A stretch of DNA of 64,000 nucleotides from Octopus sinensis (lineage: Eukaryota), in assembly GCF_006345805.1 (NCBI RefSeq), contig NC_043004.1, positions 64,728,001-64,792,000 of the forward strand, in the 5' to 3' direction. Both the position numbers and the translations under genes were made by a program. Positions 39,576 to 53,067 of this stretch are shown in pieces; position 1 is the first letter of the stretch; each line of letters starts with the position of its first letter. The notes below the pieces were generated by a model. That model ran no database searches. It had not been told where the DNA came from and worked only from the letters and a program-made list of their open reading frames with translations.

Positions 39576-39863
39576 ATTAAAATAAACATATATATCCAAT
39601 TATATTCTTGAAGAACACAATACAGGGTTTTAAGTGCTACTAATAGTTCCATATCTCAAACATATTCATCAGGCACAAACCAGATATGAACCTATCAGTA
39701 GCACTTAGACATGCATTGTGTCCTATAAATGAATAATATTTATCTCTCGCCAGATGGAGTAATTTAGTTTTTGAATTTTCTATCATGGAACAGTACATCA
39801 TCATCATCGTTTAACGTCCGCTTTCCGTGCTAGCATGGGTTGGACGGAGCATGGGTTGGACGA

Positions 39864-39909
<46 letters not shown>

Positions 39910-40817
39910 TTTTATTGGTCATTTGAATGTGGCCATGCTGGAACACCACCTTTAGTTGAACAAACTGAGCCCAGGACTTATTCTTTGTAAGCCTAGTACT
40001 CATTCTATCGGTTCCTTTTGCCAAACCGCTAAGTTACAGGGACGTAAACACACCAATATCAGTTCTCAAGCCCTGGTGAGGGGGACAAACACAGACACAC
40101 AAGCATATATTAGAAACTGAAAACTTTGGCAATAATTGCATCTGAGTTTCCTGTTTCAGATTTTCCTGGAAATGTTTAACTCTGAGTAACTGTTAGTTCA
40201 CAGTTTTACAGTTTCCAATACATTTATATATATATATATATACTCTGTACTGGGTACTCATGTGATGGTACATGGCTCATAATCATGAGGTAGTGAGTTC
40301 GATTCCTTGACCAAGCTGTGTGTTGTGTTCTTGAGCAAGAGACTTTATTTCATGTTGCTCCAGTTCACTCAGCTGTAGAAATGAGTTGCGACGTCACAGG
40401 TGCCAAGCTTTTCCTTTCCCTTGGATAGCATCAGTGGTGTGGAGAGGGGAGGCTGGTATGCATGCGTGGCTGCTAGTCTTCCATATGCAACCTTGCCTGG
40501 ACTTGTGCTACGGAGGTCATTTATGACTGAAGAGGGTTTTTACCCTTTACTAGGTATTCACTTTTTTCCTACATTTGTGCTGGGATACATGTGTGTGTGT
40601 TGCGTGTGTGAATACATACATATGTGAGTGTATATGTAGTGTATGTATGTGTATATGTGTGTATGTAGTGATAGGAAGGGCATCCAGCAGAGAAAAATCT
40701 GCCTCAACAAAATCCCATCCAACCCATACAAGCATGAAAAAGCAGATGTTAAAATTATGTAAATATGTGTGTGTACACATGTGATTTAATGAATGCATAA
40801 TGAATATATTTTCATTA

Positions 40818-40851
<34 letters not shown>

Positions 40852-41092
40852 ATATATGAATATAATGAATATATTGAATATATTTTCATTTATGAAACAA
40901 AATCAATGATCAACATGATAATTAACATTTATTTGAACCCTTTCTAAAGTATTAAAAAGTCTCTTTGTTTTATTAAAGCAAATTTTATTTATTGATAATC
41001 ATATATAATATGAATTTCTCTCTGAATATATTAAAACATGAAATGAATGCTTTATTCTTTCCTTTACACTTTCTTTCAGATTAGATGCCACA

Positions 41093-41149
<57 letters not shown>

Positions 41150-41769
41150 CTGTTAAATGTAATTGAAAGTATTTAATTAAATGTTTTGTGTTTGTAAAAA
41201 ATTTTTGGGTAATATATTGGATTTTTCAATATCAGCAAAAGCAATGTAGAATAAAGTAGCAGGAATCCTTTCCTTGTATTTTTAGACAGATTATAGCTAC
41301 ACAATTGAATATGCATACACACACACATACACACACACACAAAACAATGAAATAAACGTTCTCATTTATGAATGTTTTCTATGAATCAATTGGAATAAAT
41401 GCTTATGTGTACACACGCACGTGCACAGGCCCTTTATAGAACAATAACCAATTAAAGATTATGTATAAGTATCTGTATTTTAGTCTTGTGAGGTTTACCC
41501 TTGAATATATATATAAAATACAAAAATGGGACAAGAATGCAAAGCATATATATATAAATAAATGGAGTTTAACACAAGTATTATACCTACGTTAAACTAC
41601 ATTTATTGATTTATATATTATACAAAAAATTCCACATAAACCCAAAGTTTCTACCTTTAAAAACAAGGAGTTACAACCTCTTTACATGTGTGATTTTTTG
41701 CTACCCTGGTAACTATTTATCTATTTTTCTGTGTTAATTGTTAACAAGGGAAAAATACACTCATCTGTT

Positions 41770-41811
<42 letters not shown>

Positions 41812-42166
41812 TCATGAAGATGGAAGTCAGCAGGCTTTAATGGTAGATCATGACTACTTTTCTTCACCCCTACATCAGCTTTAAGTTACAAGGTTCATAT
41901 TCATACACCATTATGTAAGATTACTCATATATGTATATATATAATTTTATTTGTTAGGGAATAAAAATTCCGGCATAACAGGGATTCAAATTATTCTCAA
42001 TGAGGAAGTGGAACTATTGGTATCATGTTTATTCTTTTATATGGTGGGATGAAGGGGCCTACTATCTCTAAATGAAAATAAATATATATATATATATATA
42101 CATATATTTCACTTAGGCATTGATTAAGCACAAAATTTTTTCCCAAATAAATTGCACTTCATATTC

Positions 42167-42250
42167 AAGGCTCTGATGAAGTTATAAGGTGTTATTCAGG
42201 CACTCAGCTATGAATCCACTGCACGTTATTGTAGAAACATCTATAAGCTA
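42167..42250 (+). ncRNA. Degenerate hammerhead motif, second copy of the 25567 family
   Basis: ggct-CTGATGA-agttataaggtgttattcaggcact...GAAAC-atct-ATA-AGCT; stem I GGCT/AGCT; the first ~35 nt closely match the 25567 copy. Confidence 0.35.
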
Positions 42251-43438
42251 CTGGAGTTTATAAGATGATAATATATTCCTTAGTCATCTCTCTTTCTTAT
42301 TACTGCTCTACACTCAGTAAACACTTTGTTCTGTAATATATACACATACATGCTTGTATATATAAAGGAAAGCAAAAGAGTGGAACTACTGGTATCATGT
42401 TTATTCTTGGTTACAGCTGTTTCAACAAGTTGGAAAACATGGATATGAGCAATGGTTATGTGATCTTCTCTCAGATGACATAGATTTGGCGGTACAAACA
42501 GGAGAAATAGAAATTGATATGTAAAGCCAAGCACATATATTTCTTCAGTTATTACCCATGAAGCTACATAAGTGACTCAAAGAACTACAGTTTCATGCAA
42601 GTTTGATAAGAACTTTGCATGAAATCCAAGAACCTTAAGCCTTTTCTATTGTTTTACTGCTAAGAAATAAATTATATATAAACAGAGAGAGAGAAAGATG
42701 CTTTAAATGCATAGATGTGCATGCAGCATTTAACTACATTATAAATACACAACAACATTTATGAATTTTTCGTTTATGCAAGTTTAATAAGTCCTATTTG
42801 TACCTGTTTGAAGATGTATGCATGCAAGTGCAAGGCTGGCTGTTTTAACACTTTTTATCCTTCATGTAAAGTGTGTACCTAAAAAAATGACTTAAAATTT
42901 TGAATGTTTGAGCATGTGTGAAATATAAGCATATCTCAGGTTTATGAAACTGCATGAGTTAACTGCAAACCAATATTATATTAGTATATTCCTATATAGG
43001 AATGTAGATGAAGTCTAGCCAACAATCCAAATCAGGCTCTTTGATTATTACTGATATTTATTTTATAGATTCTAGAGAGATAAATGGGAGAGTTGACCCT
43101 AGTGGGATTTCAACATAGCATTATATTCATTATTATTATGCACATAAAAAGCACCATCCATTCGTGGCCGTTGCCAGCCTCGCCTGGCCCCCGTGCCGGT
43201 GGCACATAAAAAGCACCATCCGTCCGTGGCTGTTTGCCAGCCTCGTCTGGCACCTGTGCGGGTGGCATGTAAAAAGCACCCACTACACTCACGGAGTGGT
43301 TGGCGTTAGGAAGGGCATCCAGCCATAGAAACACTGCCAGATCAGACTGGGCCTGATGCAGCCTTCTGGCTTCACAGACCCCAGTTGAGCCGTCCAACCC
43401 ATGCTAGCATGGAAAGCGGACGCTAAATGATGATGATG

Positions 43439-43492
<54 letters not shown>

Positions 43493-43851
43493 TAGGTGGC
43501 ACGCTGGCAGAAACATTAGCCTGCCAGACAAAGTGTTTTTCAGTCACCTTCATGCTCTTAGTTCAAATTCCACGGAGACCGACTTTGACTTTCATCTTTC
43601 TGGGGTCAATGAAATAAGTACCAGTTGAGCAGTGAGATTGATGTAATTGACTAAGCCCCTTCTACCAAAAAGTCCAGGCCTTGTGCCTAAAGTAGAAAGA
43701 ATTATTATTATATTATTATTATTATTATTATTATTTAATTCCTCACTTCACTTCAGACCTTCCTCTAAGTGTTGCTAGATTCATGTATATGTATACATAC
43801 ATGTGTGTATGAATATGTATATGTGTGTGTGTGTATGTTTTATATATATAA

Positions 43852-43911
<60 letters not shown>

Positions 43912-44299
43912 CACCAGTAATATACTGTTATCATCTACACTGGTTATTCACTTAACGTTAGAAATTTGGCTTTTACATTCAATGAAGAGTATGTCACTAT
44001 TGTCATTAATATTAATATATCAAAGAAAGAACTTCTTATAATTATATTATTGTGATTACTAATTATCATTACTAATATTGTAAAAAAAAAAATTAATTAT
44101 AAAAAATTTTTAAATCCTCACTAATCACTGCCTTGGAATGTGGTTATTAGCATTGTTGTTGAGTAATAACTAACATTTTAGTACTAACATAGAGTCGGTC
44201 CTAGACAACCTGTTTGTGATTGATATACAAACTCTATATTCTGAATTTCAGCCGAAGGTAGGTGAGGTTTTTCTCTTTACATACTCCTGTTCTTACTTA

Positions 44300-44614
44300 C
44301 TTGGTGATATAAACCAGTTTAAGCCAGATGAGATAAATTTGTGTAAACGAGATGATACAAGCCTACTGAGATAACCCAGTATAATATCTAGATGAGATAA
44401 ACCTGTGTATTGAGGATTATATATACGAGATGAAACTAGATGATATATACGAGATGGTGTGGCTGTGTGGTTAAGTTTGCTTCCGAATTATATGGTTTCG
44501 GGTTCAGTCCTACTGCATGGCACATTGGACAAATGTCTTCTACTATAACCCTGAGCTGACTTAAGCCTTATGAGTGGATTTAGTAGTCAGAAACTGAAAG
44601 AAGTCCATCATGTA

Positions 44615-44653
<39 letters not shown>

Positions 44654-44756
44654 GTATATATATATACATGAACACACACATATATATACATATATACATA
44701 TCTATATACACACACATATATATATACATACATATGTACACATACATATATACATA

Positions 44757-44790
<34 letters not shown>

Positions 44791-45009
44791 ATTGTTAAAG
44801 AGGTTAAAGCAAGGCAAACATCTCAAGTCAAATACATAATTATTATTATTGGAAAAAAATTCAAAGTCTTACAGCTGTTTCTGAGATATCCTAGAGTATG
44901 AGATATTCCATCTTTGGAGACAAATGAGAAGGGTACAAAGTAATCTGTTACAGTACTTACCTAGTATACCTAATCATTTAGATCACCTGTGAACTAAACC
45001 CCCATATTT

Positions 45010-45047
<38 letters not shown>

Positions 45048-45780
45048 CACACATATATGTATATATATGTGTGTTACTGTCTCCTTGACCTGACATTGTT
45101 TTATTAGTTGTGTGTGTCATTGTTATGCAAGTTGTGTCCTTTGTTCCCAATCATCCGAGACATGTCTGTCTATGAGAAAATATTACCTTATTTTGAAAGA
45201 AATGAGGGTTGGTGACAGGAAGGGCATCCAGCTGTAGAAGACCTGCCACAACAAATTCCATCTAACCAATGCAAGCATGGAAAAGTGGACGTTAAATGAT
45301 GATGATGATTACATAAACCAGTGCCAATAACATACGATAAACTAGCATGAGCTATGGTATAAACAGGAACAGATAAACCACATAACGAAATGAGATAAAG
45401 CCCATGAGATAAAGCAGTGGAAATTAGATAAAACAATCCAGCATAAACATTATAGTATAAACCAGATGAGATAATCCTGTGGAAACCAAATGAGTTGAAC
45501 AAGTATAAACGTGGTGGTGAACACCAGATGAAATAAGCTGCATAATCAGGTTAGATAAACCAGTTTAAGTGTAATGGTTTAACCAAATGAGATAAGCCAG
45601 TGAAAAACTAGACAATATAAACAATAAGAAATGAGACAGTATAAACCAATATGAACATGAAGGTATAAATGAGATGAGATAACCCAGGATAGACATGAGG
45701 GTATAAACCAGATGAGATAAAGCAATAGAAAGAAACTAGTGAAAATAAACCAATTTAAAGCAGTGAAACTATACCCACCG
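44300..45780. repeat. Old degenerate minisatellite (ATAAACCAGATGAG-like units) split by younger insertions
   Basis: Recurrent gatgagataaac / gtataaaccag words at 44300-44455 and 45310-45780. A SINE head, microsatellites and an RTE-tailed SINE fragment lie in between. Confidence 0.7.
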
Positions 45781-46417
45781 GTCACTGTCTGTATTCTACT
45801 CCCAACGCTATATCAGCAAATCACTGTAAGCATGTCCTCAGACCCCACTCACCTTTACTTCCACCCATTTAGATAACAAACTTTCGCATCAATATGAAGA
45901 AATGCAGAAGAAATCATCGATAATGGAAGGTCTGTTGTCTCTGTATGAGATGATAGATGTAATTCATAGTTGTTTACTGTCAGATTTTGAGACCGTCAGA
46001 CATCGCAATGATTTAATAGTCTCGGTTCTGATATTTTTAGAAAGATTTCCATCTTGTAATCAAAACAATGAGAGAAACTCTTTCGCTAGAAATAATATTT
46101 ATTACGAATCAACAAACAATTATGTTGAGATACCCGTGGATAAAGATGTTAACTCTGCGGTAATGACCTCGACCCATTAGGTTGTAACATTCCATACAAT
46201 AGGGACCTTAGGCAGTGACCTGATCATATAATGATAATAGCCATACATACACATATGTGTCATGTGTGCAAATGTGTAATATATACATACATATATATAT
46301 ATATATATATTATATATATAGATACACACACTTTCCCACATACACAGGCATGGTGCAGGGATGGCTGTGTCACTAAGAAGTTTGCTTCTTAACCACACGG
46401 TTTTGTGTTCAGTCCCA

Positions 46418-46478
<61 letters not shown>

Positions 46479-46479
46479 A

Positions 46480-46510
<31 letters not shown>

Positions 46511-46937
46511 TATATGTATATACACATGTGTATGTTTGTGCGTATTTGTCTTGACAGTATGTGATAGTTGTAAACGAATATCACCATCAAACAAGCAGTG
46601 TCATTCATTTTCATGAAAACATGTCTGGTCAAAGGGAAAAATTATCTTGATTGGAAACAAGATGAGATTGTTAGCAATGGGGCATCCATCTGGACAAGAA
46701 AATCTATCTCAATGAATCCCATCTGACTGATGCAAGCATTAAAAAGTGGACATTAGAATGATGATGACGATGAAATATATGTGTATGTGCAGTTGTCACC
46801 GAAGATCGAAAGAAAGAAAATGCTTTCTCACCCTTGTCAGTCTTAGCCTTAGGTCAGCCATGACCCTACAGGATAACTGAGATAGGGCTTATCCTTGTTT
46901 CCATGGCATGTAATTGAGAGCACAATACCTCCACTCT

Positions 46938-47167
46938 CATTACTACCCACAAGAGGCTAAACACAGAGGGGACAAACAAGGACAGACAAACGGATTAAGT
47001 CGATTACATCGACCCCAGTGTGTAACAGGTACTTATTTAATCGACCCCGAAAGGATGAAAGGCAAAGTCGACCTCGGTGGAATTTGAACTCAGAACGTAG
47101 CGGCAGACGAAATACCGCTAAGCATTTTGCCCAGCATGCTCACGTTTCTGCCAGCTCGCCACCTTAT
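46938..47167 (-). mobile_element. SINE family B, young variant with ...tttgtctgtccttgtttgtcccctctg... tail
   Basis: CpG-rich, near-consensus reverse-complement copy. Confidence 0.88.
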
Positions 47168-48959
47168 TTGAGAGTACAATGCCTCCACCCTTGTTGCATA
47201 GGGTGCCGGGCTGTTGTAGGGCCAAAACATTGCATACAATAGAAAGACCAAAGAGAACTTCCTTCAGCTCCATCTGCGCCTTCAAATCATTAGTGTCATG
47301 TAGAAGTCATGAGTGTTGGCTTTCTGTTCCTTATGCAACATAGCATTGATTCTCATTGCAGTGATATTGTTGTTTTAGCATGTCAGCAAGGATAAACTCG
47401 AGACTTGGTTGTGCTGCCAGGCATATTCTGTATGAGATGGCCTTCACATTATGAGAAGATGCTTCAATGATTAATGCATAACCTTTACACAAGTGATTTC
47501 AGATATTCCTCGGGAGGAATATATCATCACCATCATCATCATTAATATCATTCAACATCCATTTTACATGCTGGTATGGGTTGCATGTTTTGACAGGATC
47601 CTATAGGCCACAGAACTGCATCAGGATCCAATGTCAGGTTTGCACCTGGATGCCCTTCATAATGTCAACCACTTTATGGTGTGTACTGGGTGTTTCTTTT
47701 TTGGCACTAGTGAGATCACCAAGTAACTTGCAAGACTAGAAAAATGAAGGAAAAAGCCCCCTTCATTGAGTGGGGTGATACTTAAAAGAAGGGGTTAAAG
47801 TGATCTAAATTAAAGCCTTCTGTCAGAATTTCATGTTAATCTACGTTCCAAGCCCAGCTTTAAAATGACAGTTATTTTACTAAATTCTTCATTCGATGAA
47901 ACAAAGAGTGTATCTCAATGGAAATATTGTAACATGAGGGTTATAGAATCAAATAGAAAAGAAGAAATATCAACAAAGAAATGCTTAAATATTTCAGTTT
48001 CCATGCATGTGACCACCACTACCATCTCTGTTTCCCATCATCATCATCAACTGCTAACTCTGTTCTCAATCTAATCACCTTGAAATGTTGTCTATCTTAA
48101 TTAATGATGCAGCAATAAAAACAATAATATTGATTATAATTATGCTTCTAATATAGGCAGAAGGCCTGAAATTCGAGGTGAAGGGGTTAGTTGATAGCAT
48201 CGACCCCAGTACTTGATTGGTACTATTTTATCAACCCTGAAAGGATAAAAGGGGAATTTGACCTCAGCAAGATTAGCTCAGAATATGAAAAGCCAGAATA
48301 AATACCACAAGGTATTTTGTTGGATGCTCAAATGATTCTGCCAAACGATTATCCCTTTAAATAACCATTTCTAAATTAGGCACAAATTCAAAAATTTGTA
48401 ACAGGGCGGTGGTTAATCAGCACTTGTGCCAGTACCATGTAGAAAGCACCTATGATAGAGCCATATTTAAAGAACCTGTGCTGGCATCATGTAAAAAGCA
48501 CCCATGCTTGAACCATGTAAAGAAGCACCCAGTACACACTATAAAATGGTTGGCATTTTGAAGGGCATCCAACAGTAGAAGCCATGCCAAAACAGGGGAC
48601 TAGAGCCTAGCACAGCCCTCTGGCCTGTCAGTATGGAAAATCGATAGAAGAGGAGGAGGATGTAGTAGTAGTTAATTAATTAAATTGATCCCTAGTACCT
48701 GGAAAGGCAAAAAGTAAAGCTGACCTCAACAGAATTTGAACTCGGTGTACAGAAGCAGATAGCCAGAACAAATAGTGCAAGGCATTTAGTTAAGCTTTCT
48801 AATCAATCTTTTATCTTTTACTTGTCCCAGTCATAGGCCTGTGGCCATTCTGGGGCACTGCCTTGAAAGATTTAGTCAAACAAATTGACCCAAGCACTTA
48901 TTTTTCTTTTAAGTTTGATATTTATTTTATCAGTCTCTTTTGCTGATATACATATATAT

Positions 48960-49525
48960 CATCATCGTCATTTAACGTCTGTTGTCCATGCTGGCATGGG
49001 TTGGATGATTTGACCAGGGCTGGTAAGCTGGAAGGCTGCACTAGACTCCAGTCTGATTTGGCATGGTTTTCTATGCACTTCCTAATGCCAACCATTCTAA
49101 GAATGTAATGGGTGCTTTTACGTGTCACCAGCATGGGTACCATTTGCATGACACCGGTATCTGCCATGACTGCGATTTTGCTTGGCTTCATGGGTCTTCT
49201 TCTCGAGCACAACATAATACCAATGGTCTCGGTCATTGCCTCCGTGAGGCCCAACATGCAAAAGGAACTCAGCCACTTTGCCTCCATGAGGCCCAATGCT
49301 CGAAAGGTGTTCTTTACATACCACCAGCATGGGTGCACTTGGCTTGATGGGTCCTCTCAAGCACAGCACATTGCCAAAGGTTTCAGTCATTAATCAATTC
49401 CTCTGAGAGGCTCAAAGTTCGAAGATGATGCTTCACCACCTCATTCCATGTCTTCCTGGGTCTCCCTCTACCACAGGTTCCCTTCACAGTTAGGGACCAG
49501 CACTTCTTTACACAGCTGTTGTCCT
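48960..49525 (-). mobile_element. RTE-clade LINE 3' end with internally repeated 3' segments and (GAT)n tail
   Basis: Minus strand reads DNSCVKKCWSLTVKGTCGRGRPRKTWNEVVKHHLRTL (RTE C-terminal GRPRKTW motif), followed by the family-C tail ending cgttaaatgacgatgatg. Confidence 0.8.
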
Positions 49526-50583
49526 GACCATATATACACACACACATGATGGGCTTCCACACAGTTTCTATCTACCAAATTCATTGTTTGGATTGAGACT
49601 GTAGCAGAAGACATTTATGCAAGGTGCTGCACAGTTAGACTGAACCTGAAACCACATGGTTTCAAAGCAAACTTCTTAACCACACAGCCATACCTGCACC
49701 AATGATAATGATAATAATAATATTTTCTTCAATTATAATGATAATGATAATGATAATAATGATTAGAAAAAACGCATTCAGGATTTAGAATGTTAAAAAA
49801 ATAGAGAAACAAGAAACAAACAAAATAAAATTAAGCACAGAATTTACCTGAGCAAATTTACGATATTTTTCCCAAATTTCAGAATACATTTTAATTATTT
49901 GGCATTTTCAAATTTCTATCTCACCCTTTTGATTCAGTTAGTTGTTTATTGTTTTCATGCTCTGTGTGTGTGTGTGTGAGTGTGTGTGTTTTCTTCACTA
50001 TTTCCTGATTTTGCAGAGCTATTTTTAAACCAATATTGCAGCTGTAGGGCAAAACTGAGCGTAACTAGAAAACTGCATAACTGCAACTTTGCTACAACTT
50101 TTTCTTGTTTTTTTTTTTAATATTATTTGATGGTAGAGTGTGATGTCACATGGGCAGAAGAATCAAAATTAATTCGTTATTAACTGTTTCTAATTAAGAT
50201 GTTAGTGTCTTTTTTTTATGGCAATTTTTGTGGCTGATGTTGATCGCAAGTAATGTAAGCGTGTAAAAATAGTTGTGTGTGTGTGTGTGTGCTTATTCTT
50301 GTATGTACATATGTATAAAACAGTGTGTATAGTGTATGCATGCATTTGTGTGTGTGTGTGTGTGTGTGTATGGTTTCCATCCATCTCTGTACTAAAGATT
50401 TTTCTGCTGTGTGTATGTAGTTATGTGTGTGTACATGCATATATATGTGAGCATTATGCATATCATATATATATATATATATATAAATACATGTGTGTGA
50501 ATATACACATGTATTTGTGTGCATATATATGTGTGTATCTATATGTATATCTGTTTGCACATAAATACATATGTGTGTGTGTG

Positions 50584-50615
<32 letters not shown>

Positions 50616-51651
50616 ATATATATATATATATATACATATATACACACACACACATATGTATATATGTGCCTGCATATGACTATGAATGTGTATGCATGTG
50701 CATAAGCACATGCATTTATACATATGTATGTATAAATGCATATATGTATGTGTGTTTTGTATGTATGTTATGTGTGTATATAATTCTATATATATGACTG
50801 CTGCTATTTTATATGTATACATGCATATTTGTATAGCTACATGTGTGCATTCATGTGTGTGAATGTGTTACGTCTATCTATCTACGGTTCCAGGAGCAAC
50901 AATGGTGCCATGTGTATTGGAAGCTGTAAATCAGAATCAAATCGTAATTCTAATTACAATACTATTGGCTGTTGATGCAATACCAACAATAACCTCATCA
51001 TTTATAACAATCATGAGGGTGATAATATTATATCTAACGAGCATCACATCTCGGCAATATTAATAATGAAACTGATGATGGTGGTGGTGGTGGTGGTGGT
51101 GGTGGTGGTGAGCCTGGCAAGGACGATGATGATGATGATCCTGGTGATGATAGTGATGATGATGGTGGTGGGGATGATGGCAAATTTGGTGGTGGTAGCG
51201 GTGATGGTGATGATGAGCCTGATAATGTTAATGATGATGATGGTGGTGATGATGATGATTACAATTTTGGTGGTGGTAGTGGTGATGGTGATTATGGTAC
51301 TTGTGTTTTATGGTAATGTTACTAATGGAGAAACTGATGAGAAAGAGGAGGAAGCAGTAGAGGAAGATGGCTCATGGTAGTCTAAATGATAGCATTATAA
51401 CAGGAATTTTGGGGGGTGGGGGAGAGTCACAATGATGGTGGTTGTTGGTTATGTTTGTATTATCATTAGGTAACAATTAGGATGATGATGATGGAAGTTG
51501 AATAAATGAAGGAAAAATAATTATTTCTCTATTTTAGTCTAAATCAAATAAGCCCCCCCCCCCTCCTTCCTATTTCTCTACCTCTGTCAAGTTCACACAG
51601 GAAAAGATATTCATTTTTATTATTCTGTTAATGCTTTGTCTGCATTAATGA

Positions 51652-51696
<45 letters not shown>

Positions 51697-51878
51697 CATA
51701 TACATCTATGTATGTATCTGCATGCATGTTATCTTAATGTGTGTGTGTGTGTGTACTTGTATGTGTGTCTGTGTACATGAGGGTTTGATATAAATACATG
51801 CATGAGTGTGTAAGTATGTGTTTCATATTTATATAAGCATATATATGCATGTGTGAGGGGTCCTGTATTGATGTATTG

Positions 51879-51926
<48 letters not shown>

Positions 51927-52911
51927 ACGTGCATGTGTACATGTGTGGTTGTCCTTTTGTGTGTGTGTAAAAGAGAGGAGAGCTTATTGAGAGATAGATA
52001 CATAGTGAGGGCAATTTAGTAAGAGCAGTGTGTGTGAGAGAGAGAGACTTTGGTGACAAATTACCATCGCTAACCTCAAGTTTTCTAACGATGCACCCCA
52101 CAACATAACAGTGTCCTTCTCACCTCCACACCCTGCATCACCCTTCACCTTTTGATTGAGGAAAACTGTCTCATAAATTAAACCCAGGATCAATTACACA
52201 CAACTAGATAAACTTACACACACACTCAGATATCATTTAGCCTGAAGACACAAATGTATTCCCATGACAAGTGCTAGGCATCGGATGCTCAACTTAAAAA
52301 AATTATGAGAGATAATGTGTTTTCTTGAAGTCATTATTGTAATTGTCCAATGCAAGATTTATCTTACTAATAGAAACACTGCCCTGCAGGCAGTGTTTCT
52401 GCTAGTCGCCAAATAATATTTAAGCATTTTATTCCCAATTTGTGTAATTCTTCTGCTATGTGGTCCAATATCTCCTTTTATCCCTTACTCTCTTAATAAA
52501 TAGATTTAGTATAATAGCAAGCACCCAAAGACAGTGTTAGAATTTATGAAGAAATTAGGTATTATTCTGACTTAACTTCTCCACATAAAACTCCTCAGCT
52601 TATTGTATAATATATATATATATATATATATATGATTTTATACCTTTGTATAGAAGTGTGCAGGATTGTATACTTAGTATGTTGTGGAACCCATTGCAGA
52701 ATTTAATTTAAGTATGAGTCAAAAAGAATACAAAAGTGCAACATGAGTTGCTAAAACCAACAAACTAATCCAGAAAGTTGTTTCTATCTGTTTGTATTGC
52801 TGGACATGTCTCTAAGCCTGAATAATGTGTAACAATCGCAGATGCTCTCCACTGTGGAACCCATGTTCTGATCAACCAATCTAACATTGCAATCTTTATT
52901 TCTTTGCGTAG

Positions 52912-53067
52912 GGTGCCTCTTCAAGTCTAGTTGTGAAATTTGCTGACACAGAAAAAGAACGACAATTGCGTCGAATGCAACAGATGGCCGGCCCCCTCAG
53001 CCTGTTAAACCCGTTTGCTCTCACACAATTTGGTGGTTATGGAGGATACACCCAAGTTAGTACACAG
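52912..53067 (+). CDS. CELF4: CELF3-6/Bruno-3/UNC-75-type RNA-binding protein, exon A (end of RRM2 and start of divergent linker); 156 nt, phase 0-0
   Basis: Translates [52 protein letters not shown], matching the [25 protein letters not shown] signature of the CELF3-6 subfamily. Branch-like CTAAC (52881-85), pyrimidine tract and TAG acceptor (52909-11); donor CAG|GTAAGT. The symbol denotes the subfamily, not strict 1:1 orthology. Confidence 0.95.

Noticed and set aside
45902-46180. 92-aa ORF in CpG-retaining unique sequence, with a faint C2H2 zinc-finger-like word on the minus strand
   Set aside because: No recognisable motif; minus frames have stops and lack the Cys/His spacing. A translated search would be needed to reopen it.
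51066-51380. Met/Val-rich 104-aa ORF
   Set aside because: (GAT)n/(GGT)n repeat translation.
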